Made by a program: the position numbers and the translations under genes
NCBI GenBank assembly: GCA_031962025.1
Contig: JAVRKW010000002.1
Origin: Pseudothermotoga sp.
GTDB lineage: Bacteria; Thermotogota; Thermotogae; Thermotogales; DSM-5069
Strand: one strand, 5' to 3'
Length of the DNA stretch: 64,000 nt
In this document: piece after piece, positions 10,823 through 21,030 of the stretch
Numbering within the stretch: position 1 is the first letter of the stretch
Layout: every line of letters starts with the position of its first letter
The notes under the pieces: model-generated
Seen by the model: the letters and a program-made list of their open reading frames with translations, nothing else
The model's database searches: none
Told to the model about the DNA's origin: nothing

Positions 10823-11641
10823 ATGAGAAAGTATATTGTCCTCCTTCCAGCACTGGTATTTTTGATAGTGTTTTTCATTCTACCTATTTTCTCAATAATA
10901 ATTGAGAGCATATATCAACCGCAAAAAGGATGGATGGCTGGTAAGTATATTCAGTTTTTTACTCAAAGGATCTCACGCACAGCGTACACAAGAAGTCTTG
11001 TCATGGGTCTTCTTGTAACTGTCATTTCACTGGCGATTGGGTATCCATCAGCTCTGGCGATTGTCAACATAACGAATGATTCGCTCAAAAGTTTTTTAAT
11101 GACTTTGGTAGTGTTTCCATTGATGACTAATTCTGTAGCAAGGACTTTTTCATGGCTTGCAGTACTCGGGCGTGAAGGTCTTATAAATAATTTATTGATC
11201 TTTCTGAAACTTACAGACAGCCCCAAAAGACTTCTTTACACTCCAGGGGCTGTCTTTTTTGGACTTTTACAGCTTTTTCTTCCTTTGATGATTATTTCCC
11301 TTGTAAGCGCTCTTGAAAATCTTCCTAAGGAAATACCACTTGCAGCAAAAAGTCTTGGAGCAAATACTTTTAATCTTTTCACAAAGGTTTATATTCCTCT
11401 CACAGTTGAAGGCATTGTTGCAGGATCTACACTGGTTTTCACTGGATGTATAACTGCATATGTCACACCGGCAGTGCTTGGCGGGAGTCGTGTAACTATG
11501 TTGAGTACCCTTTTGTACCAGAAAACCTCAGTAACTCTGGACTGGGGTATGGCTACTGTGATCGCTGTGGTTATGTTTACAACAACTCTTGCTGTAAATT
11601 ACTTTTCCAGAAAGATAAGTAGTTTAGGAGTGAGTAAATAA
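10823..11641 (+). CDS. ABC permease, PotB-like
   Basis: AAKSLGA EAA loop, AYVTPAVLGG. Confidence 0.85.
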   Translation: MRKYIVLLPALVFLIVFFILPIFSIIIESIYQPQKGWMAGKYIQFFTQRISRTAYTRSLVMGLLVTVISLAIGYPSALAIVNITNDSLKSFLMTLVVFPLMTNSVARTFSWLAVLGREGLINNLLIFLKLTDSPKRLLYTPGAVFFGLLQLFLPLMIISLVSALENLPKEIPLAAKSLGANTFNLFTKVYIPLTVEGIVAGSTLVFTGCITAYVTPAVLGGSRVTMLSTLLYQKTSVTLDWGMATVIAVVMFTTTLAVNYFSRKISSLGVSK

Positions 11642-11738
11642 AAGCTTATCGATTTTGTTAGACCTGGTCACGGTATTATGAGTGTTGGGAATTCCTGTGA
11701 AAGGAGGAAAAAGCGCAAAGGTATTTTTGCGCTGATGT

Positions 11739-12521
11739 TTGATGAAAACAAATAAATGGCTCATCTTTGTTTTGATAATAGCACTTGCCATTCTGATCGG
11801 ACCATTTTTAGTGATTCTTTTTGCTTCCTTTGAACCTTCTTCTACGTTGCGATTCCCACCAACTGGATTCACTTTATCCTGGTTCAAAAAGGTCATATCC
11901 ATGCCTATGTTTCAGAAAAGCTTTCTGTTTAGTTTACAGCTTGCTTTGTATTCATCTTTTCTTTCTCTACTGCTGGGAGTACCTGTTGCCTATATCACAG
12001 CAAGGTATGATTTCAAGGGTAAACGCATGATAGAACTTGTCACAACGTTGCCTATAATAATTCCGGAAATGGTTGCCGGGCTTGCGTTGTTAAGATTTTT
12101 TGTATTACTGAATGTATTCTCAGTTCAGACCACCCTGCTGATTGGTCATACCGCTGTCGTTTTACCCTACGTGGTCAGATCTACCTTAGCGAGCCTGGTA
12201 AATCTACCAGTCTCAGTTGAAGAAGCGGCACAAAGCTTGGGAGCTCATCCGCTGAAGAGCTTCTTTTTTGTAGTTCTTCCAAATATAAGGGTTGGCATAA
12301 TCTCGGCTTTCATAATGACTTTTATAACTTCTTTCAATAATGTACCTATCTCTCTTTTTCTTACAGGTCCTGGTGTGAGTACTTTACCAATAATTATGAT
12401 GACCTACATGGAATATTACTACAATCCAAGCATTGCAGCTCTATCAACATTATTAATAGGTGCTACATTACTGATTGTTCTGCTGGTTCAGAAAATCTTT
12501 GGTATTTCAAAACTTCTGTGA
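11739..12521 (+). CDS. ABC permease, PotC-like
   Basis: FPPTGFTLSWF, EEAAQSLGA, FITSFNN. Confidence 0.85.
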   Translation: MMKTNKWLIFVLIIALAILIGPFLVILFASFEPSSTLRFPPTGFTLSWFKKVISMPMFQKSFLFSLQLALYSSFLSLLLGVPVAYITARYDFKGKRMIELVTTLPIIIPEMVAGLALLRFFVLLNVFSVQTTLLIGHTAVVLPYVVRSTLASLVNLPVSVEEAAQSLGAHPLKSFFFVVLPNIRVGIISAFIMTFITSFNNVPISLFLTGPGVSTLPIIMMTYMEYYYNPSIAALSTLLIGATLLIVLLVQKIFGISKLL

Positions 12522-12524
12522 GGG

Positions 12525-13604
12525 ATGAAAATGGCTTTTCTTGAAGTCGTAAATGTGTCGGTTGCTTACCAAAATAACGTATTAGTGTTGAAAGATCTCA
12601 ATTTGAGTGTTGAGAAAGGTTTATTTCTATCACTGCTTGGTCCATCAGGATGTGGGAAAACCACAACGTTGAGAACTCTGGCTGGCTTTTTATCACCAGC
12701 AAGTGGAAAAATAATCGTGAACGGAAAAGACTACACGAGATTACCACCGCACAAGAGAAATATGGGAATCGTGTTTCAAAGCTATGCATTGTTTCCACAC
12801 CTGGATGTTTTTAACAATATTGCATTTGGACTGAAAATGAGGAAGATGAGTAAATCAGAAATAAACGATAAGGTGAAAAAAGTAATAGAGCTTGTGGGAC
12901 TTGCTGGATTTGAAAACAGGTTGCCGTCGCAGCTTTCTGGTGGTCAACAGCAAAGAGTCGGGATCGCAAGGGCAATTGTCATAGAACCTGATGTCCTTTT
13001 GATGGATGAACCACTGTCGAATCTGGACGCAAATCTGAGAATCGAAATGAGAAATGAAATAAGAAGAATCCAGCAAAAACTGGGAATAACTACTATTTAT
13101 GTTACACATGATCAGTCAGAAGCTATTGCTTTGTCCGATCAAATTGCCGTTATGGACAAAGGCAGAATTGTGCAATTGGGTAGCCCAAAACAGGTTTTTT
13201 CAAGCCCTAAAACACAATTTGTGGCAAATTTCATGGGATTTCAGCAGATCACAAAAGGTGTCGTAGAAAAATCAGAAGGAGAGTTTGTAATGGTTAGAAC
13301 AAAAGATAGGTTATTCAAAGCCCGCACGACTGTTGATTTAAAAGTGGCTGAAAAGGTTGTGTTGTGTGCCAGAGCAAAAAGAATGATAATTGACACACAT
13401 GATGGTGATAACAGATTTTCAGCTCAGGTTATTTCAAAGATATTTCAAGGTGAAAATATTTCCTTAATTTTAAAAATGCCAGATGGCAATTTTGTCAGTG
13501 TTGAGGCAGAACCACCTAATGTGGAAAATCTTGTTGAAGGTGATAGAGTATTTCTGTATGTGCCTTTTGAACATCTTCTGGCAATCGAGGAGGAAAAGGA
13601 ATGA
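12525..13604 (+). CDS. ABC ATP-binding protein, PotA-like with TOBE domain
   Basis: GPSGCGKT, LSGGQQQR, LLMDEPLSNLD. Confidence 0.92.
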   Translation: MKMAFLEVVNVSVAYQNNVLVLKDLNLSVEKGLFLSLLGPSGCGKTTTLRTLAGFLSPASGKIIVNGKDYTRLPPHKRNMGIVFQSYALFPHLDVFNNIAFGLKMRKMSKSEINDKVKKVIELVGLAGFENRLPSQLSGGQQQRVGIARAIVIEPDVLLMDEPLSNLDANLRIEMRNEIRRIQQKLGITTIYVTHDQSEAIALSDQIAVMDKGRIVQLGSPKQVFSSPKTQFVANFMGFQQITKGVVEKSEGEFVMVRTKDRLFKARTTVDLKVAEKVVLCARAKRMIIDTHDGDNRFSAQVISKIFQGENISLILKMPDGNFVSVEAEPPNVENLVEGDRVFLYVPFEHLLAIEEEKE

Positions 13605-14350
13605 GTATTCAAAAACATATCAGATGTAAAGAAAAAGATGTGGGGAAGTATGTCTTTATACCGGGTGATGAAGCAAGAGCTGCTAAAATAGCTGAAAGGC
13701 TCGAAAAAGTTCAGAAAATCTCGATGAACAGGGCTTATCATGTGTATACTGGAAAACTTTTGGATGAACCTGTAAGTGTTTGCTCAACGGGTATCGGCGG
13801 TCCATCAGCTTCAATTGCAGTTGAAGAACTGGCAAGGATAGGAGCAAAGACGTTAATTAGAGTTGGCTCTGCTGGAGGCAGGCAACCAGATATGCCAATT
13901 GGCAGCTTGGTAATAGCTACAGCAGCATACAGAGGAGACGGTACATCGTATGCTTATGCTCCTGCACCATTTCCTGCTGTAGCTGACTTGAGAGTCACAC
14001 TTGCCTTAATGAGGGCTGCTGAAGAGCTGAAATATCAATATTATCACGGTATTGTTTTTACAAGGGATGCTTATTATGTTCAAGATGACCAGCTGAATAA
14101 ATTTTTAACAGAATGTGGTGTCGTAGCAGCTGAGCAGGAATGTTCAACGGTATTTGTTCTCGGATCTATAAGACATCTGTCGACTGGTGCCATCCTTGCG
14201 ACGGATTCAAATATCTGGCTCAATCCGCAGCCAACGCTGGAAGAAAAAGAAAAACTGTTTTACGAGGCAGAAAAGAAAATGATAGATGTCGCCGTACGAG
14301 CAGTCGAAATATTGATAGAGGAGGATCGTTCTGGAAGAAAGACTCTTTAA
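13601..14350 (+). CDS. Nucleoside phosphorylase (PNP/UDP family)
   Basis: IPGDEARA, STGIGGPSASIAVEEL, IRVGSAG motifs. Confidence 0.85.
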   Translation: MSIQKHIRCKEKDVGKYVFIPGDEARAAKIAERLEKVQKISMNRAYHVYTGKLLDEPVSVCSTGIGGPSASIAVEELARIGAKTLIRVGSAGGRQPDMPIGSLVIATAAYRGDGTSYAYAPAPFPAVADLRVTLALMRAAEELKYQYYHGIVFTRDAYYVQDDQLNKFLTECGVVAAEQECSTVFVLGSIRHLSTGAILATDSNIWLNPQPTLEEKEKLFYEAEKKMIDVAVRAVEILIEEDRSGRKTL

Positions 14351-15986
14351 AAACGCAAAGATAGTCGATGTTTTTAGACAGCGAATTTTTCAAGGATGGT
14401 TTTTAGTAAGAAATAACAAATTTGAATTTGTAGAAGAAGGGCCAGTCACAAAAAACGAACCGATCGATGTTGTCGATTTGAAAAACAAATACGTGGTGCC
14501 AGGGCTTATAGACTCCCATATGCACGTTGAAAGCTCTCTTGTTAGCTGTGATAGATTTGCCCAGGTCGCTTTAAGACACGGAACAGTCGCTGTGTTGCAG
14601 GATCCCCATGAGATGGCAAATGTGTTTGGAATTAATGGGGTAAAGTTCATGATAGAAAATGGCAAAAATCAACCCTTGAAATTCTACACAGCTATTCCGA
14701 GTTGTGTTCCGACAACCCACAAGAAACTGGAAACACCGAATGCTTCCATCGAGCCTGAAGATGTTGAAAAACTTGCAAAAATAGACAACGTGATAGCCCT
14801 CGGAGAGGTAATGGATTATATAGGGGTACTGAATGGTGATGAAAAATTACTGAAGATCATTGAGATTGCAAAAAAGCACAATTTATTGATAGAAGGGCAT
14901 TGTCCCACTTTGAAAGGAAAGGATCTATCAAAATATATAGCAGCTGGCATAGGATCAGATCATACTTTAACAAACCCATATAAGATCTCAGAACAGCTTT
15001 CAAAAGGCATGTGTGTGATGATTCAGAGAAAATCACTCAACCAGGAAAATGTTCAGACAATATATAGCTTAGAAGACAGATCACGCATATTGATCGTCAC
15101 TGACGACACACCTCCCACAGAACTTTTAAAAGGCCATTTGAATAAAATCGTATCTATGGCAATAAGGCAAGGGTGGCCCACCTTAGATGCCATTGCATCT
15201 GCAAGTTTTAGGCCTGCTATTTATCTGAGACTACCAAATCTGGGGTCGATAGCTCCTGGAAAATATGCCAGCTTTTTCGTCACCGAAGATCTCGAGCAAT
15301 TAGAACCTCTAACCACATTCATTGAAGGCGTTGAATATGAAAAACTCTCGTTTCAAGAACCTCAAGTAGAAAAGTTTTTGATAGCCTTTGATAAGAAAAC
15401 TTTTAGCGAAAATGAGTTTTATCTATCGAATGTCAATGATGGGAGTAGAAAGCTGAATATAGTCGTTTGTAATGACCAAAACAGCTTCACAGAACTCGTT
15501 CAACAATCAGTTACCATCAGGAACGGCTTTGCCGTTGGAGATTACGTGAATGTAGCTGTAATTCAAAGAAAATCATTAAAGGGGCATGTTGGGCTTTTGA
15601 AGGGCTTTGGAATGGGAAGGGGGGCTTTTGCTTCAAGTTTTTCTCATGATTCTCACAATATCGTTGTGGTTGGAAAATGTGCAAAATGCATGAAAAAAGC
15701 CATTGAGGAACTTTTAAAAATCGGTGGTGGCATGGTTTACTGTGACGACTCTGATTTTGTGAGTCTGCCACTTGAAATTGGAGGAATAATAAGTACACAA
15801 AAATTGGAGGCGGTTGCTCAGAAATTTGAAAAAATCGAGAGATTACTCAAAGAAAACGGTGTTAAACACAAAAATCCCATGACCTTTCTTTCTGTACTTG
15901 CATTGAATGTGAGCCCGCTTTACAAATTTTCTGATCTTGGTATAGTTGACACAGAAAGAGCACAAATTCTTGAAAATCTCGCTTGA
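14331..15986 (+). CDS. ade: Adenine deaminase, probable CTG start
   Basis: PGLIDSHMHVESS, DPHEMANV, PSCVP, LGEVMDY, SHDSHN; the frame is open from 14319 and adds the family N-terminal strand LFKNAKIVDVF. Confidence 0.88.
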   Translation: MEERLFKNAKIVDVFRQRIFQGWFLVRNNKFEFVEEGPVTKNEPIDVVDLKNKYVVPGLIDSHMHVESSLVSCDRFAQVALRHGTVAVLQDPHEMANVFGINGVKFMIENGKNQPLKFYTAIPSCVPTTHKKLETPNASIEPEDVEKLAKIDNVIALGEVMDYIGVLNGDEKLLKIIEIAKKHNLLIEGHCPTLKGKDLSKYIAAGIGSDHTLTNPYKISEQLSKGMCVMIQRKSLNQENVQTIYSLEDRSRILIVTDDTPPTELLKGHLNKIVSMAIRQGWPTLDAIASASFRPAIYLRLPNLGSIAPGKYASFFVTEDLEQLEPLTTFIEGVEYEKLSFQEPQVEKFLIAFDKKTFSENEFYLSNVNDGSRKLNIVVCNDQNSFTELVQQSVTIRNGFAVGDYVNVAVIQRKSLKGHVGLLKGFGMGRGAFASSFSHDSHNIVVVGKCAKCMKKAIEELLKIGGGMVYCDDSDFVSLPLEIGGIISTQKLEAVAQKFEKIERLLKENGVKHKNPMTFLSVLALNVSPLYKFSDLGIVDTERAQILENLA

Positions 15987-15989
15987 TGG

Positions 15990-16730
15990 TTATTTGAGTT
16001 TTTCAATCTCCATCTGAGCGGTTTTGACTGCTTCTAAATGTGTCGCGACCAGTAATGGATGCGGTTCACTGTCGATGACCTTTTGAAACATCTGTTTTGC
16101 CTTATCTTTGTTGTTCATCTTCAGATACAGATATGCCAGTTCAAGGTAGATGTTGGAATAATTCGGCGTCAACTTCGATGCCAAAAAAAGCAGTTCTTCA
16201 GATTTTCTGTAGTCGTTAAGGGGCCATGGAACATCTCTGTATCTCATACCTGAAGCTATTAATGCGAATGTTTTATACAGTCTCTGTTCCTGATCATTTT
16301 CGTCCAGAAGGGATATCGCTTTGTTTATGTATCTATCAAAATCTCCAAGCATGAACAAGCTTTGAATAATTCCTTTGTACTGTGCAAGCCTTCCTATCGC
16401 AGCACCTGCGATGTAATTTGCCCTGCCGTTTGCATTATCCAGTTTTACGGCAAGCTCTGCGTACTTTCTTGCCTGCTCAAGTGTCTTTTCTTTCTGTTCC
16501 TTTGCAACACCCCAATCACCGTATTCAAGATAACAATCGGCAAGTATTGTGAGCAGTACAGAATTGTTTTCTAAATCACCATGCGATTCTATTGTTTTGA
16601 TTATCTGCTCCATCTTTGCAATGTCTCTGTCTTTTCTTGCCTGATAGAACAGATCGTTCATCTGCTGTTCAAAAGATGCAAAAACACTAACCACAAGTGC
16701 CAAAATCACAAATAGCAGAAACTTTTTCAT
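15990..16730 (-). CDS. Secreted tetratricopeptide-repeat protein
   Basis: Signal peptide; helical repeats (YAELAVKLD, PNYSNIYLELAYLY). Confidence 0.75.
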   Translation of the reverse strand: MKKFLLFVILALVVSVFASFEQQMNDLFYQARKDRDIAKMEQIIKTIESHGDLENNSVLLTILADCYLEYGDWGVAKEQKEKTLEQARKYAELAVKLDNANGRANYIAGAAIGRLAQYKGIIQSLFMLGDFDRYINKAISLLDENDQEQRLYKTFALIASGMRYRDVPWPLNDYRKSEELLFLASKLTPNYSNIYLELAYLYLKMNNKDKAKQMFQKVIDSEPHPLLVATHLEAVKTAQMEIEKLK

Positions 16731-16784
16731 AAAATCCCCCCTTTGTTCATTTTAATCATAAAGAAAAACTCGCTGAATATAGAA

Positions 16785-16805
16785 TGCAGGGCAACCAGCC
16801 CTGCA
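16785..16805. terminator. Hairpin downstream of the thioredoxin-like gene
   Basis: TGCAGGGC-N5-GCCCTGCA inverted repeat; weak U tract. Confidence 0.5.
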
Positions 16806-16809
16806 AATT

Positions 16810-17052
16810 TTACTGAAGCAGTTTTTTTACTTCCTCCAATGTTGGGACTTTCCCGTAAAGCACTATCTTTCCATCTACAGCTATTGCAGGTGTTGAGACT
16901 ACACCTCTTGAAATTATCTGAGCTACATCTTCTACTTTTTCAACCACAGCGTCGATTTTCAGTTCTTCTAATGCCATTCTCACAATTTTCTCTGTTTGCT
17001 TGCATCTTGCACAGCCCTTACCCAGAATCTCGATTTTCTTTGCCACAGTCAT
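16810..17052 (-). CDS. Small redox-active disulfide protein (MTH895-like thioredoxin)
   Basis: ILGKGCARC (CxxC) and GVVSTPAIAVDG. Confidence 0.9.
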   Translation of the reverse strand: MTVAKKIEILGKGCARCKQTEKIVRMALEELKIDAVVEKVEDVAQIISRGVVSTPAIAVDGKIVLYGKVPTLEEVKKLLQ

Positions 17053-17062
17053 ACTACCTCCT

Positions 17063-18151
17063 TCAATTCAACACGCCATATATCATACCAAATGCCGTTG
17101 AAAATACCACCACAAGCGCAAAGTATGTGAAAGCCTTCTTTTTGCCGAGTAGTTTTGTGATGACTATCATGCTTGGTAGGCTCAGAGAATTTCCAGCCAT
17201 GAGCAGCGACAGCGTTGGTCCTTTAGCCATGCCAAGATTCGTCAATGCCTGAACCACAGGCACTTCCGTCAGGGTTGCAAAGTACATGAACATACCTATT
17301 ACAGAAGCTATAAAGCTTGACAGAAAATCGTTCCTGCCAAGCAGTGCTGTGACAATCTGCTGGGGCAGGAGTTTTGTCAGAACACCTGCAAAAAATACAC
17401 CGATAAAAAGATACGGCAGGATCTTTTTTGCAAAATCCCATGTTTCAAATATCCACTGTTTTGTTTTATCTTTTTCAAATCCAAAAAATGCCATTGATAA
17501 GACGGATATTCCCAGTACAACCATTATGGAATATTTCACCAGGCTGTTGATGGCTATTCCGTTGAATATCAAAAAACCAAGTTGTAAAATGAAAAAGATG
17601 ACGCCCTTCAAGCCATCTTCATCTTTTTCAGAAATCTGAAAACCACCTTCACCTTTCTCCTGATAGAGCAATTCCATGATCAGACCTATGAATATGGCGG
17701 CTACCATCGTTGAGATAAACCTTGCCAGTCCAAGATTCCATCCAAGGACCTTGGCGGTCAAAAATATGGCAGCGATATTTATCGCCGGTCCTGAAAACAA
17801 AAATGTCGTTGCAGGACCTATTCCCGCTCCTTTTTTGTAAATACCACCAAAAAGCGGCAAGATAGTGCAAGAGCAAACTGCCAGAATCCCACCGGATATG
17901 GCTGCAACAGGGTAGGAAATAATTCTTTTCGCATCTGGACCAAGCAGCCTGAGCACCGCTTCCTTTTTCAGCATTACCGTGATAGTTCCCGCTATGAAAA
18001 ACGCCGGAACAAGACACAATAGAACGTGTTCCCGTGCATATTCCTGAAGTAGATAAAAACCATTGAGAATGCTCTGGCTAACTACTGCAGAATCAAATGG
18101 TATAAAGTAAAACAGCAGAAAAACCACAACAATTAGAAAAAATTGTGCCAT
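17063..18151 (-). CDS. DUF318/ArsP-family permease
   Basis: AREHVLLCLVPAFFIAG, LAVCSCTILPLF, MYFATLTEVP; usual neighbour of the MTH895-type thioredoxin. Confidence 0.85.
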   Translation of the reverse strand: MAQFFLIVVVFLLFYFIPFDSAVVSQSILNGFYLLQEYAREHVLLCLVPAFFIAGTITVMLKKEAVLRLLGPDAKRIISYPVAAISGGILAVCSCTILPLFGGIYKKGAGIGPATTFLFSGPAINIAAIFLTAKVLGWNLGLARFISTMVAAIFIGLIMELLYQEKGEGGFQISEKDEDGLKGVIFFILQLGFLIFNGIAINSLVKYSIMVVLGISVLSMAFFGFEKDKTKQWIFETWDFAKKILPYLFIGVFFAGVLTKLLPQQIVTALLGRNDFLSSFIASVIGMFMYFATLTEVPVVQALTNLGMAKGPTLSLLMAGNSLSLPSMIVITKLLGKKKAFTYFALVVVFSTAFGMIYGVLN

Positions 18152-18330
18152 TTATCTTCTCTCCTTTCCATGATGGTTTTAATCGGTGTTATTTTCAAAC
18201 ACTTTACTTTTTGTATAAAATAGATCCTGTTTCCTGTTAAAACTATAAGCCTGCCAGTTGCTGCTCCTGGTAGCGTATGAGAATACCGATAAACGGATTT
18301 TGAACTATTCTCTATTGATCAGAATAGTTG

Positions 18331-18368
18331 AAAAAAACTCATGCCGGAATGAATAACATCCAGCATGA
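18331..18368 (-). terminator. Intrinsic terminator of the diguanylate cyclase gene
   Basis: Minus strand TCATGCTGGA...TCCGGCATGA followed by G and 7 T. Confidence 0.55.
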
Positions 18369-18403
18369 ATTTGCAGATTTATGTGGCTGGAAAAATTTTG
18401 AAA

Positions 18404-19993
18404 TTACTGACAACCAACGACTCTGTTTTTGCCAGATTGTTTTGCTCTGTACATTGCTCTATCAACACTGATTAAAAGTTCATCTATCGTCCTGTGATTT
18501 TCTACACCGCATACTCCTATACTCACAGTGAGCTTTATATTTTCTGCAAAATTGTATCTTTCTACTTCAGATCTTATTTTTTCGCCAATAATCAGCGCAT
18601 CTTTTTGATCAGTTTCAACGGATAAAACCAGAAATTCTTCTCCGCCCCACCTTGAAATCACATCTGAAGTCCTCAGCGTTCTTTTTAAGATAGCTCCCAG
18701 TTGCTGAAGTACTCTATCTCCGACTTGATGACCATACGTATCGTTCACTCTCTTGAACCAGTCTATATCTATCATGAGCAATGAAAATGGTCTTTTATAA
18801 CGTTCCCATAGGTAAAAAGCTTTTCTTAGTTCTTCATCCATCTTGTGACGGTTGAACAAACCGGTAAGCTTATCAGTTATAGAGATTTTCTCAAGCTCTT
18901 CATTTATAACTTTCAATTCTTGATTTTTTCTGTAAAGTTCTTGCTGGGTCAATTTGAGTATATCGGTCGCTATAGCACCTATTTCGTTGTCGTCAAATTT
19001 ATATGCTGATTGTTCATCAAAATCTCCTTTAATTATCTTGCTCACACTTTCTTTGAGTGCCGATAAAGGTGTCACGATTTTTCGACCAAATGAATTACTC
19101 ATAAACCATCCCAGGATAGAAGAAGCTATGATGAACAGAAAGACCGTTGTTCCAATCCTACGAAAAATCGGTTTTATGACTTCGTCTTTGCTCACCACAG
19201 TTATCACAATCCAGCCAAGGTCTTTGATACGCGAATAATAAGCGATTTTTTCAATGCCTTCTAAGCGATACTCAAAACTGTCCTGATCCTTTTCAAAGCT
19301 AACAGGTTTGTTCAAAACATCGGACAAATTTTGATGTATATGCTGCTTTTCGTGGTGAATAATAATCTTCTGGTCTTCTCTAATCACATAGCTATGTAAA
19401 GATCTGTACCTTTCATCTGAGCCATAAAGGATGTTTTCAAGTTTTTTCAACGGCGTACCAATAGCAATTACTCCTGTCATTTCGTTTTCTTTTCCAACAA
19501 GAACTTTGCTCACCGATACCAGCCATTCTTTTGTCTTTATCTCCTGATAAGGCTCTCCCCAAGATATCTGTGGCTTTGATCTGATCGCGGCTGTGTACCA
19601 GGGACGAACGGTTGGATCATATCCTTCAGGAGGTTCATAGTCATTGATCAAAAGCATGCCGTTTTCATAACCAGAATAAATATAATTGATATCACTATCG
19701 GCTTGCTCAAACAGCTTATAAATTTCCAGAACAGCCTGACGAGCTCTTTCATCCAGATATGGTGCAAGTCGCACATTTTCGTAGTTGCTCAAAAATTCTA
19801 TTGTTGTATAGAATTTCTTGAAATACCCTTCAATGAAATGAGTAACAGCTCTGTTTTTCTGTTTTATTATTTCACGGGCTGAAGATATTCCGCTGAAATA
19901 AAGAATGATAATTGATATAGAGCCGAATATCACAACTGTTGCGACTGAAAGAATCAAAATATTTATGAATAAATCTCTTCTTATAGATTTCAT
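18404..19993 (-). CDS. Membrane sensor diguanylate cyclase (dCache-HAMP-GGDEF)
   Basis: YDPTVRPWY Cache motif, two TMs, TDKLTGLFNR, DIDWFKRVND, RTSD I-site, RWGGEEF. Confidence 0.92.
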   Translation of the reverse strand: MKSIRRDLFINILILSVATVVIFGSISIIILYFSGISSAREIIKQKNRAVTHFIEGYFKKFYTTIEFLSNYENVRLAPYLDERARQAVLEIYKLFEQADSDINYIYSGYENGMLLINDYEPPEGYDPTVRPWYTAAIRSKPQISWGEPYQEIKTKEWLVSVSKVLVGKENEMTGVIAIGTPLKKLENILYGSDERYRSLHSYVIREDQKIIIHHEKQHIHQNLSDVLNKPVSFEKDQDSFEYRLEGIEKIAYYSRIKDLGWIVITVVSKDEVIKPIFRRIGTTVFLFIIASSILGWFMSNSFGRKIVTPLSALKESVSKIIKGDFDEQSAYKFDDNEIGAIATDILKLTQQELYRKNQELKVINEELEKISITDKLTGLFNRHKMDEELRKAFYLWERYKRPFSLLMIDIDWFKRVNDTYGHQVGDRVLQQLGAILKRTLRTSDVISRWGGEEFLVLSVETDQKDALIIGEKIRSEVERYNFAENIKLTVSIGVCGVENHRTIDELLISVDRAMYRAKQSGKNRVVGCQ

Positions 19994-20022
19994 TTATCCC
20001 CACTCCCACGTGTATTTTTATT

Positions 20023-20883
20023 TTACCATTTACTTTGCTTTTTGATAGCTGTAATCAAAAGCGAGAGAATTATCAAAATCATGCCACAAATCTGCTGCAG
20101 CCCGACATGTTCGTTTCTGAAGGCAACACCGGCTATAACTGAAATAACAGTTGTGAGGTTTGAAAAAAGCGTGGTTACAATCGGAGAAGCCCTGTTGATC
20201 ATGTAGTTCAAAAGAAAAAATGCTACAGATGAGGACAATACACCTAAATAAATGCCCGAACTTACAGTTTGAACATTGAGTTTTATCTCAAATTCGCCTT
20301 TTAAAACGCTTATAAGTGTGAAAAAAACTGCCCCTGCCAACATCATAAAAAAGGTTATTTCCACAGGTGAAAATTGTTTTGAAAATTTTCTTGAGTAGAT
20401 ACTGTACAGTGCACCTGACAGAACAGCTAAAAACATGAATGTCCTTCCTATCAATATCCCGCCTGAGAGATTGAATCGGACTATCAACACGATTCCCAGA
20501 AAACCCAGTCCAACAGCCACATAATGAAATGGATCGCCTTTTTCTTTCAACATGAATACAGCCAGAACGTTGACCACAATCGGAATTAGCGCAATGATCA
20601 TTCCTGCTTCAGAAGAATTGATTTTCTGAACACCGTATGTTTCGAAAACAAAATAAAGTACTGGCTGAAACAGTATCAAAATGGACAGCTTCCAGTATGG
20701 TTTCTTTTCGAGCTTGATCACACCAAATATCAGCAATATCAGAAAAAATACAAAGGCAATGCAAAATCTATAGGAAAGAAAAGTCAGCGGAGAGAGATAA
20801 TCAAGAGCGTTTTTCGTGAACAGAAACGAGAAACCAAAAATAATTGACACAAGAACACCGGCAAAAACAACTCTAAGCGGCAT
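20023..20883 (-). CDS. EamA/DMT-family transporter
   Basis: About 10 TMs, IFGFSFLFTK, QPVLYFVFETYG. Confidence 0.88.
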   Translation of the reverse strand: MPLRVVFAGVLVSIIFGFSFLFTKNALDYLSPLTFLSYRFCIAFVFFLILLIFGVIKLEKKPYWKLSILILFQPVLYFVFETYGVQKINSSEAGMIIALIPIVVNVLAVFMLKEKGDPFHYVAVGLGFLGIVLIVRFNLSGGILIGRTFMFLAVLSGALYSIYSRKFSKQFSPVEITFFMMLAGAVFFTLISVLKGEFEIKLNVQTVSSGIYLGVLSSSVAFFLLNYMINRASPIVTTLFSNLTTVISVIAGVAFRNEHVGLQQICGMILIILSLLITAIKKQSKW

Positions 20884-21030
20884 AAACGACCTCCTTTTGA
20901 CTTTTTGATTTTATCAAAAAAATAAACACAGAAAACTTGACTTTGCCACACTTTGTACACAGACAGTCTCTGGTGAATGTTCTTGCTTATAATAATTATG
21001 AGATTTTACCGGATAAAGAAGGTGAGAAAA

